In this document: positions 1 to 15,711 of the stretch, piece after piece
Position numbering within the stretch: position 1 is the stretch's first letter
Layout of the letters: each line of letters opens with the position of its first letter
Assembly (NCBI GenBank): GCA_943704425.1
Contig: CALSCP010002280.1
Span: 43,832-99,628 of the forward strand
Source of the DNA: Ministeria vibrans ATCC 50519
Lineage: Eukaryota; Protista; Filasterea
DNA: 55,797 nucleotides
Reading direction: 5' to 3'
Translations under genes and position numbers: made by a program
Notes under the pieces: generated by a model
Told to the model about the DNA's origin: nothing
Database searches by the model: none
The model's input: the letters and a program-made list of their open reading frames with translations, nothing else

Positions 1-86
<86 letters not shown>
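1..86. repeat. (CT)n microsatellite, intronic in the forkhead gene
   Basis: Pure TC dinucleotide run from the window start. Confidence 0.95.
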
Positions 87-91
<5 letters not shown>

Positions 92-117
92 CTGTCTGTC
101 TGTCTGTCTTCTCGCAC

Positions 118-693
118 CTTCCACCCCGAACCAGCTGTGCGATAGTATGGGAAATGCGTGCAAATCCAGGCATAGATATCGTTCAGTGTCATTTTCTTCT
201 TGTCTGAGCTACACAGTTTTTTAGTGCCAAACGTTTCCTTTCTTCTTTTTTTTCTGCTTTTTCTCGCTTACCTGTTGATGGCGTAGGTGATCAACGTCGC
301 GTACGAGTACGGTGGCTTGCGAGGTCCCGGCTCATCGTCTTCGCGCTCTATTATCACTCCGCCAATCGGATCAATTCGCGTTCTTGTCTTCAAAAGTTCA
401 CAACCATAAAGATTTGTATTATTATTCGGTTCAAGGGAAAAAAAAAACAACACTGAGCAACCTAACATTAGTTTCAACTCAACCCAAACAGTGTATGGTA
501 GTCAATGCTCTTCTGTTCAACGAAGGCACCCAAGTCTGCATGGCACTTTTGAAGGGACACCAAAAAACAACGTCCATGGCAACGGACATTGATGCGCCCT
601 CTTTACCTTGACTTGACTCACGGTGGGTTTCTTTGGCTTGGGTGTGACTCCCATGGCCGAGAGCCAGTCGATAGAAGTGAGAGATTTGTTCAT
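118..693 (-). CDS. FOXJ2/3: Forkhead transcription factor, FoxJ2/J3-like (5' part; continues off the window start)
   Basis: Spliced exons give [11 protein letters not shown]... (FoxJ2/3 N-terminal SLTSIDWL motif) and [16 protein letters not shown]|[30 protein letters not shown]| (forkhead domain). Introns are GT-AG. Confidence 0.88.
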
Positions 694-898
694 CCTCGAA
701 AAAAGAAAACGCGATGAAAATAGTACATTTCATTTCACATTTCCAATAATTAAAAGATCACCATCAATCACAAAACTAATGATTTTATTGTCTTGTTGCA
801 GACTATTAACCTTGAATGATGAATCATAAATTCATAATTCATAATTTCATATAGACATTCACCTTTTATTAGTATCAATTTTTCAATTACTGGTACAG

Positions 899-929
<31 letters not shown>

Positions 930-945
930 CCTTCTCCCCTACTCT

Positions 946-4252
<3,307 letters not shown>

Positions 4253-5367
4253 TTCGTTGTCTTGGTCAGCCTCCGACGTCAGTAAAGTTCCAATATCTGC
4301 AACAGACCAGTTGGGACGAGATGAGTAACGTCACTTGTTTTTCTGTTTTAAAAAAAAAAAAAAAACGTAAAGAGGGACCGTCGCACAGCGTAAGCGAGCA
4401 CCAAGTTGGCTTCATAGCGAATATTTAGGGGAGGTTGCAAGGCAGACCGGGAAACAAGGAAGACGGCCGCGTGTGTGTGCTGACAGTGATTGAGTGGGTA
4501 CGTGTGATTGAGAGGGTTCGTCACCAAGCGGCCGGCAGTCGGCAAAATGAGCCAGAAAAAGGGTTGGGTATTGGGTAATTTGGGTCTAGGTGGTGAGGAA
4601 GGGTGTATGCGGAAAAAAGTTTTGAAATAAAAAAACCAACTTCCCAAAAACTACTTCCATCAGAAGATACGCAACGCCCACGCAACGCCTGTGCGTCTCT
4701 ATCAGCCTATCGCTGCCGCCCCCAGCAAGCAATAACGACTGAATAATGTCTGACGGAGGCTATTGAGCACGGCGCAATGAGCATTCACTTGCTGATTCGG
4801 TGGCAATCGCGTCAGAGGTGTGCGATGATATATTCCAATTTACACCATGTGGAAGGCACATTCCCGTGGTAAGGGCAGTCGCCCTGGCACAGCGACCCAA
4901 TGAGTCCGCATCGTCGTGTAGAACAAGCAGTCTTGGGACAGAATCGAACGCATGGCTGTATCCCATGTTTGGCCCAACTGAAGCCCAACTCCGAGCCTGC
5001 CAGGGCATCTGTGCACACACGCATGGTACCCTTCACGCTCAGGACAAAACGTTTGTAGGCTCCGTGCCCAGCGAGAGGTCCGTCAAAGTGTGTGAAACGG
5101 CCGCTTGAAGGAAACGTTGCTTGCTCGGTAAAAAAAACTGCCGACGCTGCGTCTGCAGAGCGCTCTCAATACTTGCTGCCAAACCCCCCCGCCCTCCGGT
5201 GCACGAGACAAGAGACGCAGGCAACAGACGCATGTTGCCTTTTTTGCTTTTTTTTTTTTTTTTTTTTCGCGTCGAACAAGTCAAAACAAGAGAAAGAAGA
5301 TGTGCAGGAAAGACGAAAATAAAGCCCCCATGTTGTCTGAGACTTGCAAGTGCAGGTGTATGTATGT

Positions 5368-5445
<78 letters not shown>

Positions 5446-5703
5446 CGAGACGTGTGAGTGCGAATGAGAGGCGAGCGGGGGTGCAGGCGGGGGACGGTGA
5501 CTGTGCTAGGAGTGTCCTCCTGAGAGAGAGTCTTACGTTTGCTGCCTTCTTGTAATGCAGTGTGTATTGACGAGGCAATATCAGAAATATGGTCCATCCC
5601 AAGCCTTGAGATAGAATAAAAAAAAGCTGGTTGGAGTTTGGAGTTTAGTCAGTCAGAAAAAGTCCGTTAGGTTTAAACCAACTGATTGTTTCAAGTTTTG
5701 CGA

Positions 5704-8700
5704 TCAATCTTTATTCTTCTTCCTCCGAAGCGTATCCGTCCACTTGCGCTTGGGCTTGGTATCCTCTGACGTGCCATTGGACGTGGTAGTAGTAGCCTTT
5801 GAGGCCTTACGGTTGGTCATGCGCGCCCAGATGGAGCGGCGTTGGGCGGACGGAGACGCAGCAGTGCCTGAGTCAAATTGCATCTCACCGCCCACTGCTG
5901 ACTCGCTGGCGGCAGACCCGCTCGTGCCCTTGTACATGTTCCGCTAGCAAAGGTAAGACACAAAGACTCTCAATCACACGTAACAAAAAGAAAAGCAAAA
6001 AAGAACAAAGGAACAAAAGAACAAAACAAGCAGACACAGACAGAAGAGAGACAGCAGAAGAAAAGAGATATAAAAAACCACACAGACAGAGATAGAAACA
6101 AATTAAAGTGATGGAGCGGTGTATGTTCGGTGTATGTCGATGTAATATATATATATAATAAATATAATTATATATATTAAAATATATATGTGATGGCATG
6201 CAACGGTCTCCCTCTCATTTTCAGTTGGTACCGGATCATCATCATCATCATTGACGTGTGAGGAGGAAGTTGCTGACTGCGATGCTTGTGCTTTGAGTGC
6301 ACTCTTCTTTCGCTCTTTAAATGCCTATCAAACCAAACCCAAAGACAACATCAAAAAAGGAAAGAGAAAAAGAGAGCGCGATCATTCCAGTGAGACCTTC
6401 TTGTCCGTCGTCTGACTGGACGGCACTGCGTCTACAGCCTGAGAGCGCTTGCTGCGGAACAACGACGACCCTTTCTTCATAATCTGTTGACCAACGGGTC
6501 CCGCCGAGGGGTCCAGCTCTGCTTCATACGGATCCTTCTGCACAAGACAAAACATGAATTCAAAAATCCCATAATAATTATAATTATATTATAAAAAATA
6601 TTATAAATAATATATAATTTAATATAGGAGAAGAGACAGCTGACATGAATAAACTATATGTTCCCACCTTCTTTTTCTTGGGCGACACCCACGACCCGCG
6701 ACGCACAAACGACCGCACTCGCGACAGTCCCGAGTGCTGCTTCGACAGTCCTTCTTTTGCCTCAGGAGCACCCTCTGTCTTGTGCTCGTCTGGAAACACT
6801 ATCGCTCGAATCTTCTCAATCTCCTAAACACATCACTGTAATTAATCCCAGCCCAGGAATTCGCAAATGAATAATCAAGCAATAAAGAAGTAGTGGTCAT
6901 GATCATTGAATACTCAATCGCACAATTGTAGTCTAGGCGAGTGAACGAACAAGTGAAGAAAAAGACGATATTTCCAACTACTCAATCACAGACACAGACA
7001 CACACAAATTCAACAATTAGCCCAAACAATCGAAGAAAGAAAATCGCAACTGCAAACGAATCAGTGGGTCCAACAAGCAATTGCAAACCACTCAAGTCCC
7101 AGTCACACAATTGGCAGAAGGAGCTGCTGCTCTCGAAAAATGAGGAGTACCTCTGGTGGCCATTCAACTGTCTCCAGCACTCGTCGAATTTTCTCACGCA
7201 TCGCCTTCTCTTCGTCAAACATCCCCAGCGCATTGTACACATCCGCACAGTTTGCAAGTGCTAAAATATCACAGGCACACACAGTCAGTCCAATCTTTCG
7301 AGAACCAAGTGAATGTGACAAAGTCGTACTCTTGACGTATGTGGCTGATGTCACTGCTCCCAATTTCTCGCGCACTTTCAGAGCAGCCTCATACATCTAA
7401 CACACGATAATCTCAAAAAAAAATCGATTCTTCGACAGACCGCACACACCCAATACCTTTTGCGCCTCTTCAAACTTGCTCTGTCGATGGTAAATGCGCG
7501 CAACATTCCGCAGGACAAGATCCACTTCACTGTGTACCAGTCCAAACCGATCCACCTGCAACTCGAGCAGACGATGGCCCAGCTCCTCAGCCGGCTCTTG
7601 TTTATCCTATATACAGACGAGATACAAATACGTACGCCACAAATTTGATTAAAATCGCTCGGTACGATGGACATGTACACTAGTTTCACACTCTCACTCA
7701 AAAACATAATTATTTTCGCATTCAAACCTGTTTAACCAGGGAGTGACAGAGATTCTCCAGACAAGCCGCAGTCAACCCAGGATCCGAATCTTCATTGGCG
7801 TCCAAAATTACAAGTGCTCGTCGATAATGCCCCTGTAACAACCAAGGGTATTAAAAAATTGAAGGGAGAGAGATTAATGATTGTCAATCAATGACAACGC
7901 AATCGTATTTTAATACATACTTCTGCTTCCTCGTGTTTTTGCTGGCTATCAAAGATGAGTCCAAGATTATTCAGAGTAGTTGCAACCTACAAATAACAAG
8001 GTGCATTGTCACACGCACGCACATGTACAGTTAGGACTCGAGGTAGGTTAAAGGTTAGACCGTAGCCGGCGCCACAATATTAATTCGTCTCACCTGGGGG
8101 TGATTTGGTCCAAAAGCGTGTTCCTTAATTTCAAGGGAGCGCTGACACAATGGCTCTGCTGCTTTGTACATTCCCAGATTGCCATACACTGCCACAAGAT
8201 TGTTCAATGACTGGCCAACCTACAAAACACAATGCAATTATCGATAAGATAAGAATAATACTACAATACTTATTTTACGATTAGAGTCGTATTCTCCGTA
8301 TACTTATTATTTTTTTTCTTCTTTTTTAGTATTTCTTCTCCTTCCTCACTCTTTCTCTCGATCTATCTCTCAATCTATCTCTCTTTTGTTCTCTCACTCA
8401 CGAGCTACCTTTGCGTCGAGGTAGCCAAACGCCTTCTCTCTGATGGTCATTGCGCGTTCGTGAAGTGGCAGTGCCTTTTCGTGTTCTCTCATTTTGCTGA
8501 AACCCAATCCATCGATCAATTGCATTATCTTTCTGTTCTCTCCTAGATACACTATTTTAATTGCATTTCCTCTAATTACCTGTACAAAAGCGCAAGATTA
8601 TTGAGTGCGTTTGCGACTTCAGGATGCTCTGGGCCCAAATGGATCTCAAGAAGATTCACGGAGCGCTCGCACAGCACCGCAGACTGTTTCGTTTGACCTA

Positions 8701-9803
8701 CCCAAACAAAGTAAACTTGCAATTGTTTTCATTCCGAACGAAGGGATACCGGTTGTGCGGTAGAGCATGGCAAGGTACGAGAGAAGCCGAGCGACTTCAA
8801 ATGCCTCGTCACCAAACTCTGCCTCAACCACTTGAAGTGCCTAAAAGAACCAACAAACAAGCATGAATCATTGTTTACGTTTCTTTTTCTTTTGTTTTTT
8901 TTTTGTTGTTGTTGTTGTTGTTACTTCTTCACAGAGTGGAATGGCTTCAATGTATCGGTGTTCGTTAATAAGGCTGGCTGCCGCGTCACACAGTCGCGTG
9001 GCTTCATCAGGCAGATTTGGTAAGTCGTCCTCCTATCATCAATTCCGCAAAGAAAAGACAAGTCCATCAAAGTCAAAATATCCAATCATATATATTCTAG
9101 GATACAAGGCTTTCGTGAATAAACCCGGTATATAACAGCGCTCTCGTTGCAGTTGACATGAGAAATTGAGAACACGGAATATGTCAATCAAAACAAATAG
9201 CTCTGATCTTTAGGCGACGAATATAATGCGCTTTCAAAACAAAAGATGGAGATCACTCGGTTCCACGCGATAGAGTGCAGCGCTTCCTCCGTATTGCTTT
9301 GCATTAACGGACAGCGATCAATGGTGATCATGAAAGTTAAGGCGGAATAGTACAAATAATTCAAACAAGGGAAATTATTCGGTATTAAAGAAGTTTTGCG
9401 CCACTGCTATGGGGAGGGAAATGGGGCAGACGCGGCGATGAGAGACATCTTTTCCTTCAAGACGTGTACACTTTTTTGATTTTCGAAAAGAAAAAAAAAA
9501 CGTTTTTTGCGGTCAGTGCGATGTGTTGGGACAACCGACACAGACTAGTGGCACAAACAGAGGGGGGAGGCAGAATGGGGAGTTGGGGTGCATTGAACTG
9601 ACTAGGAGGTCGGAAAGAGCGAAAAAAAAAGTTTTTTTTCTTCTTTTCCTTCTTCGGTACCATTGCGGCGGTTGCAGGAGTGTGTGTCTCTGCCGGTGTT
9701 GCCTCGGGTGCATTTTGATCCTCTGCTTCAGTCTGGGCACGAGAGGTGGACGAGTGAATGGCTGAGAGAGCACTGGTGACGCTGAGTGACGTACGGGATT
9801 CAT
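5704..9803 (-). CDS. TPR-repeat protein (kinesin light chain / NPHP3-type TPRs) with a low-complexity basic C-terminal tail; multi-exon
   Basis: Spliced exons include LEIHLGPEHPEVANALNNLALLY, AFGPNHPQVATTLNNLGLI and YEAALKVREKLG. The TPR part splices in frame (WPPE|EIEKIRAIVFPDEHK) to the tail ending RRKKNKD*. The start exon (MNP|TEAEDQ) is tentative. Confidence 0.75.
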
Positions 9804-10264
9804 AGTTGCAAAAAGACTCCCAGTCTGTCTTTCAAAGGCACTTTTGCGAGTGTAGGTCTCTTAAAATAGTCTTCCGATAAAGGACCGATATGCGTTTATC
9901 AAGACGCAATCGCAAAAAAGAGTAAAAGATGAAAATTAAAAGATAAAAATTCAAATCTTATGAGTTATGCATATCAGTGTGACAAGGACAACCAGACCAC
10001 TCTTCAGACTCGTATTTTGCTGGACTGAAACACTATCAATCACATCATTTATTCACATGGGAGAATAGTGGCAGGTCGGAAGGGCATGAGCCCAAATAGA
10101 GACCAAATAGACGATCAGTCAAATGAAACAGAAAAATCAAATACAATTATACAAATCAGTTGAATTTTCTCTTTCTTCTCATCCCTCGTTCTCTGACCTG
10201 TGCCCTCGGCGCCTGGTTGTCGCCTGTACGCTACCTCTTTGCTTCCGCGCGGTGTCCTTTGTCG

Positions 10265-11426
10265 ATGTCGGGGGCGCCCAGCAAGGCAGGCAAAGCGTCT
10301 GCGTCTGCGTCTGCGTCTGCGTCGGGCTCCGGCGCCGGCCTGTCCATGGCGGACAATTGGGACCTGTGCCCCAACTGCAACGTGCGAGGGTTCATTCACA
10401 GCGACTACCGCACGGGCGCCGAAGTGTGCGAGGAGTGTGGCGTTGTCGTGCGGCGACTCATCTCCGACGAATCCGAATACCGAACCTTCAGCAGCGACAA
10501 GGGCGACCAGCAGCCTGGTAAGGACTGCCCCCTCCCCCGGGGTGTTCTTCCTCGTTCTTGATGCGCCCGCGTGTCTGTTTAATAGCGAGAGACATTAAAA
10601 AACGAATGGATACGTTTTCCATCATGAACCCCCCTTTCGTTTTTTGTGGCTAGATCGCAACCGTGCGGGTCCGGCAGAGAACCCTGGTGAGGAGATTGAC
10701 TTGAGTACGGGTATTGAGCAGTCGAATGCTGCGTCGCGTGCGTTGGGGCTACAAAACTCGCAGCTGACCCGGTCAAAACGCGACCGGCTGCGCGGCGACG
10801 TTTTTGGCGAGATTACGACGATCTGCGGTCGGCTCGGCGTACCCAATACGACCAGCTCACGTGCTCAGTCGCTGTACAAGCAGTTTGACGACCGTACGGC
10901 GAAGCGGACGAGTCACAAGGCGTCGGCACTCGCGGCCGCAAGTGTCTTCTTGGCGCTGCGGCGCGAAGGCATTCCGCGCACGCTCAAGGAGCTCTGTGGC
11001 GTCGCGACGAACACCACCAAGAAGAAGATCCAGCGAGCATTTACGACTATTGCAGATGCGCTCGGAGGCGAGACGGGTGTTGTGACCACGGACCATCTTG
11101 TGGCGCGGTTTGTGTCGCGCCTCGACATCCCCTATGCCACCGGCCAAGTGGCTGCGTATGTGGCACGGCGTGCAGTCGACCTGAGCCTGGCCAACAGCCG
11201 TGTGCCCACCACCGTTGCCGCAACAGCCATCTACATGACCATGCAGCACACACCGACCCCGCTCACGCCCGCCCAGGTCAGTGACGAGACGGGTGCTGCC
11301 GCCTCCACCATCCTAGGGGCCTACCGCGACATTGTCGATCGCGAGGCGGACCTCTTTCCCGTTGACTTTTGGAAAGGTGTTCTTGAGCGGCGCGAACAGG
11401 CAAAGCAAGACAAGACCAAAAAATAA
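10265..11426 (+). CDS. GTF2B: Transcription initiation factor TFIIB (2 exons)
   Basis: Zn ribbon CPNC...CEECG, B-reader SEYRTF, DRNRAG, and cyclin folds (LRREGIPRTLKEL; VARFVSRL; PTTVAATAIYM). Intron at ~10518-10653. Confidence 0.88.
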
Positions 11427-11740
11427 AATAATCATGATGACTGTATTACATTATACAATAATAAGAAAATAAATAGAGAATCGAGAGCTGTACTCAATGT
11501 CAAAGCAAGGCGATATACAAAGCAAAAAGCATTATAATACTGCCAGCGTAGACTTCTAAACGAGAATGCCCCGAAAGAAGCCGATAGACCAACTGATACA
11601 CCCATGAGAAGAATGTACGAACACACAGGTAGACCCTGTACACTGCAGTCCCTGGTGCACCGTTGCGGCGCCCCTCAGGCCCAATACGCCCGAGGGCCCT
11701 CTTGAAAGGGAACGGGAGAACTGGGTGACAATAATATTTC

Positions 11741-12646
11741 TCATTCGCTGGGACTTTTACACTCTCGGGGACGCCAAAGGTTTGCTTGTACAAGTGCCGG
11801 GCAGTCGCGTGTCAAGGGGGTGTCTGAGTCGCCATCCCACACTTGGCCGACGTGCTCGAGGGCAGACGAGCGAGCGGTGGGGAATGGTCGGGCATGGGAT
11901 CCGTACTTGTCGCAGGAGAAGGCGTCGTGTTGCAGTACACGGCTGCTATTCGAGTCGGGCTGCATGCGAGGCCAGACGTGCACCTCGAGAAAATTCATGT
12001 CGTCCCATTGATGTGCACGCGAAGGCCACGCTTCAATTTGGTGGCGAATCTCCGGAAGAAGCACTCGGCCGCCCCACATGCCTCCGTTGATGCGGTAGAG
12101 CGAGTGAATGGGATGATCGCGCATCAGATGGAAGGCATACGACGAGGCGAGCCATTCGTCGACGGCTGCCCGCTCTCGGAGCGTTGGGCGGGAATCTACA
12201 TCACGAATAAGGTACACACTAACTGTAGGGTCCGCCGCGACCAGAAACCGCCAGAACATGCCCGCAGTGGCGCCACCAAGCGGGAGTGTTGATGACGAGT
12301 TCATCAGCACTATTTCGGCGCCCGTCTTTCGCAGCAGGTCAATGCTGAGCCAGGGAACGGTGTCAGCGTCAACGTAGAATCGACACAGCCAGGCGGGTCC
12401 GTAGACGCGACGGGCGTGCCGGACGTTTGCAAGAGCGCCAGCGAGGTATTTTGAATGCGCACCGTACAATGCGAAGGAGAGCACCTTCTTGGTCGACGGC
12501 ACACGAGCTGAGACGGCCTCCTCCATCATTGGCTTGCTGTCTACGCTGTGCAGTGTGGCGTTTGGAGTTGGCCATTGGCGGAGCACGACGAGAATAGTGC
12601 AGAGGAGCAACAGCAGGAGAAGCGAAGGGCGAACCGATCGTCTCAT
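11741..12646 (-). CDS. Intronless type II membrane, putative glycosyltransferase-like protein of an uncharacterised family
   Basis: N-terminal signal-anchor, then KKVLSFALYG..KY..GA..N, GMFWRFL, RDVDSR (DxD), REXAAVDEWL, FHLMRDHP..H and GGMWGG motifs. Confidence 0.7.
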   Translation of the reverse strand: MRRSVRPSLLLLLLLCTILVVLRQWPTPNATLHSVDSKPMMEEAVSARVPSTKKVLSFALYGAHSKYLAGALANVRHARRVYGPAWLCRFYVDADTVPWLSIDLLRKTGAEIVLMNSSSTLPLGGATAGMFWRFLVAADPTVSVYLIRDVDSRPTLRERAAVDEWLASSYAFHLMRDHPIHSLYRINGGMWGGRVLLPEIRHQIEAWPSRAHQWDDMNFLEVHVWPRMQPDSNSSRVLQHDAFSCDKYGSHARPFPTARSSALEHVGQVWDGDSDTPLTRDCPALVQANLWRPRECKSPSE

Positions 12647-13108
12647 GATTAGAATTCGAGACGATGAGAACCAGCGGAGAGGGGCACGCCAATCCTAATT
12701 AACAATTCCTAAGAAGTAAGGAGTGTCTGACCAATAAGGCTTATGAAGGAGACATTGAGCAAAAAATATAATAATAATTACGACGAGATAAACTCTAAAC
12801 GTCTCTGTTAAACAAAACTTGAATAAACAGACTCACTTAGGAGTGAGTTAAGTTAACGGAGTATTCATGGAGTCATGTCTAGATAAAAAAAACGTGGTTT
12901 TGACAACTGCAGTAACTGATACTTCACTGGTACTAATTGTTTTTCCAATAAGTTCCCTTTCCTTTCACTATACTTATCAATCACACACCAATCTCACAAC
13001 CATCACACACATTTACACGCACACACAGACCGCTTTCCATCGCATAGATTTTCCTAGCCAGACTGTTAATTCCAACGTTCGACGGGCTTCCAATACTTTG
13101 TTCGGGCT

Positions 13109-14924
13109 TTAATTTGAGGATGAGAACATGTCCACACCTGATTCGACGGAGCCTTTCTCGACATCGAAACTTTCAATCCCCTCCAAAAGCGATATCGTCC
13201 AATCAGTCCAATCCTCCATGCTCTCCTGGTGGCTCCCCGGGCGCGACGGGATTTCAGGCACCACCTGCAGCGGTAGCGTTGAGGAAGAGTGTACATGTGT
13301 TTGGGCGTCGAGGTCATCACCACTGCCGGACTCACTCACATCCGCGCCCGCCAGTTCTAAGTTTTTGAAGAGTGGGAGGGAAGACACGCCTGAGTAGCAT
13401 GAAGGTACTGAAGTAGAGGAGGAACGACTTGAAGATGCGGATGACGACAGTAAAAGACGTGGTTGATCACTGTCGGTTGCGGAAGAGCTGAGACAAGACG
13501 CAGCTGCAGCCGCTGAGGTGTCGGGCGCAGCGTACCACTCGCTGGGTGGGTGTGTACAAGGAAGCTGTTCACGCGGTCGCGCCAGCTGACGGTAGCGCTC
13601 GACAGCATCCTTTGCATCTTTGTCTGGGTTACGGCTGCGGGATGCCTTCTCGAGAACATCACCGTTGCCGTGTTTATCAAGCAGATGATCCACCAGTAGA
13701 GCGTGCGAATTCAATGTCACTTCAGAGTTGCACAGTTGACAGACAAATTGTGTGGGTGCAGAGTTATTCCTCACAACAATCTCCGGGTGATATTCGCTCA
13801 GGTGTTCAGCCACGCGATTCTTGCGACTCAATTCAATCATGCTCGTGTCGTCCACACCTTCCTCGTCGGAGGCGCACGCCTGACATTGAAAGCGGAGCAC
13901 GACTACGCAAGTGTGCGGATCGCCACTTATCGCACGCACTCTCTCTTGAGAGAGCTGTGACACGTGCATGAGAATCCTTCCATTCGAGTCGACAATGTTG
14001 CGCTGCAACAGAACGAGAGAAAATCAATTATTATTAATAATTCATAAACTTAGAAGAAACGCAAGAAGAAATGCCGGCTCGATCATTGCAGCATACATAC
14101 GACCGCTGTTTTGTATATAATATAAGCGCCATATGTATACCACTTGAATGTGACTTAATGCAGTCATTGGAAGAGGATGATCAACGAAGCGCGAAAAAAC
14201 AAGAACTTTCAGTCGAAAGATTATTGACCAAGAAAAAACATCTCCACAATTTTTTAAAAACACTGCCAAAGAGCTGAATGTAGGACAAACCCAGGCTGCG
14301 TATGGTGGAAAATTGTTCTAGTACTATTGCAGGATGAATACTGACATGATTACGGGAGAGGCGGGAGCGTGCGTTTGCATTTAATGTGTGTGATGGGGTT
14401 TTCTCGCAGACGAAGCAAGTCCAAGTGCCGCATCGGCAGAGAGCGAAGAAGAAAAATATCAATGCATCGCGCAACAAAGTAGCGCAAAATAAAAGCAATG
14501 AGGATGGAAGGGGGGTGGGTGGGAAAGGGGGAGGGGGAGGGGGAGAGAGAACAAGCGAAATAACATTGGTCGAGATTCCGTCGCGTTTTCGCTTATTTTT
14601 CGTCTGAAATCGACTTCAAATCGACTCGTTTTCTGCTTGTTTTTTGAAAACTCCGGGCGATGGTGGGAAAGTATAGTTAGGGAACAGGGGTGTAGGCACC
14701 TTTCGATACTCAAAGTCGTTTGGGAGAGCGTAGATGTCGTCGGCACGCATCTCCGCGTGAAACTTGAGCAGGGAAGCGTAAATCTCAACCATTTCACGAC
14801 GTTTTTGTCGCCGCGCGCGTTGGAGTTTCACCGTGAGTGTGACAGGGGCGTTTTTGAAACACTCTTGGAGAGTTTTCAATCGAATGGCGGCGCGTGGGAT
14901 GAAGCGGGGGCGAAGGCGGAGCAT
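13109..14924 (-). CDS. Hypothetical twin C2H2-like zinc-finger protein with Ser-rich/acidic tail (at least 2 exons)
   Basis: Exon 1 ends FEYRK|gt at ~14700 and splices in phase 0 to ag|RNIVDSNG at ~14002. Contains CQAC...EHLSEYH and CQLC...DHLLDKH. Confidence 0.6.
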
Positions 14925-15711
14925 TGAGAACTCAATGGAATTATTGGAAAAGGGGAGAAGTCAAAGATGACTGAGCAAGGCCCAAGCAATGAATCTTCAA
15001 TGGAGAGAAGGAATTGATTGAGAAAAAGAGTGTTTTTTTTTAATTTTTTGTCAAAAAAAAGTTTCAAGTTTTGATTCGACAATTAATATTTATATCTAAG
15101 GGTATGTGTCAAAAGTCAATTTTTCTCCCAGGATCGACAAGGACTTCGATAAACTATTCTATCTACTATCTAGAATGTAGACACTAGACTCTAGTGAGTA
15201 CTGAGTAGTAACTACGGAGTAGTGAATAGTGAGTCTTAGGCTTGAAGATCATTACAGTGGTTTCTGTGAAAAATTTGAACTTTTGACTTTTCGTCACAAT
15301 AATAATTATTATTAAAAAAATGCAAGGTTTAAAATTATTATCATAGGTCTATCATAATTTATAGGTGATAGATGTATCAGTAAACGCAGAATAAGGCTGG
15401 CCAAGACTAGGCCGCAGAACTAAACACACTTATTACACTAAGCAGTGGTAATAATGTGAGCTGGTGCGTTATTTTCCCACTGGCTGGCGACCTTGCTACG
15501 GTCGTATGATGTATCTACATAATGTACATACATTTTACGGGTAGACTTTGAAAGCTTGGCATGATGCATTAGATAATTCATAATTTTTTCGCGGCGTTAC
15601 TGTGACACTTTGTGCAAGTAAGTAAGTGAAGTAACATTACAACAAAATAGCTCGTCAGTTCATTATCATTATCACTCTCACACTTTTTTTTTTATTTGAT
15701 CTATACTTACG

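Noticed and set aside
4760-5260. Several 70-100 aa ORFs between the kinase and TPR genes, including an in-frame TGA after MSDGGY
   Set aside because: No recognisable motif, consistent splice pattern or SECIS evidence. Left unannotated.
11500-11793. 97-aa ORF overlapping the end of the glycosyltransferase-like gene
   Set aside because: The upstream gene ends plausibly at PRECKSPSE*. This ORF has a non-ATG start and no motif.
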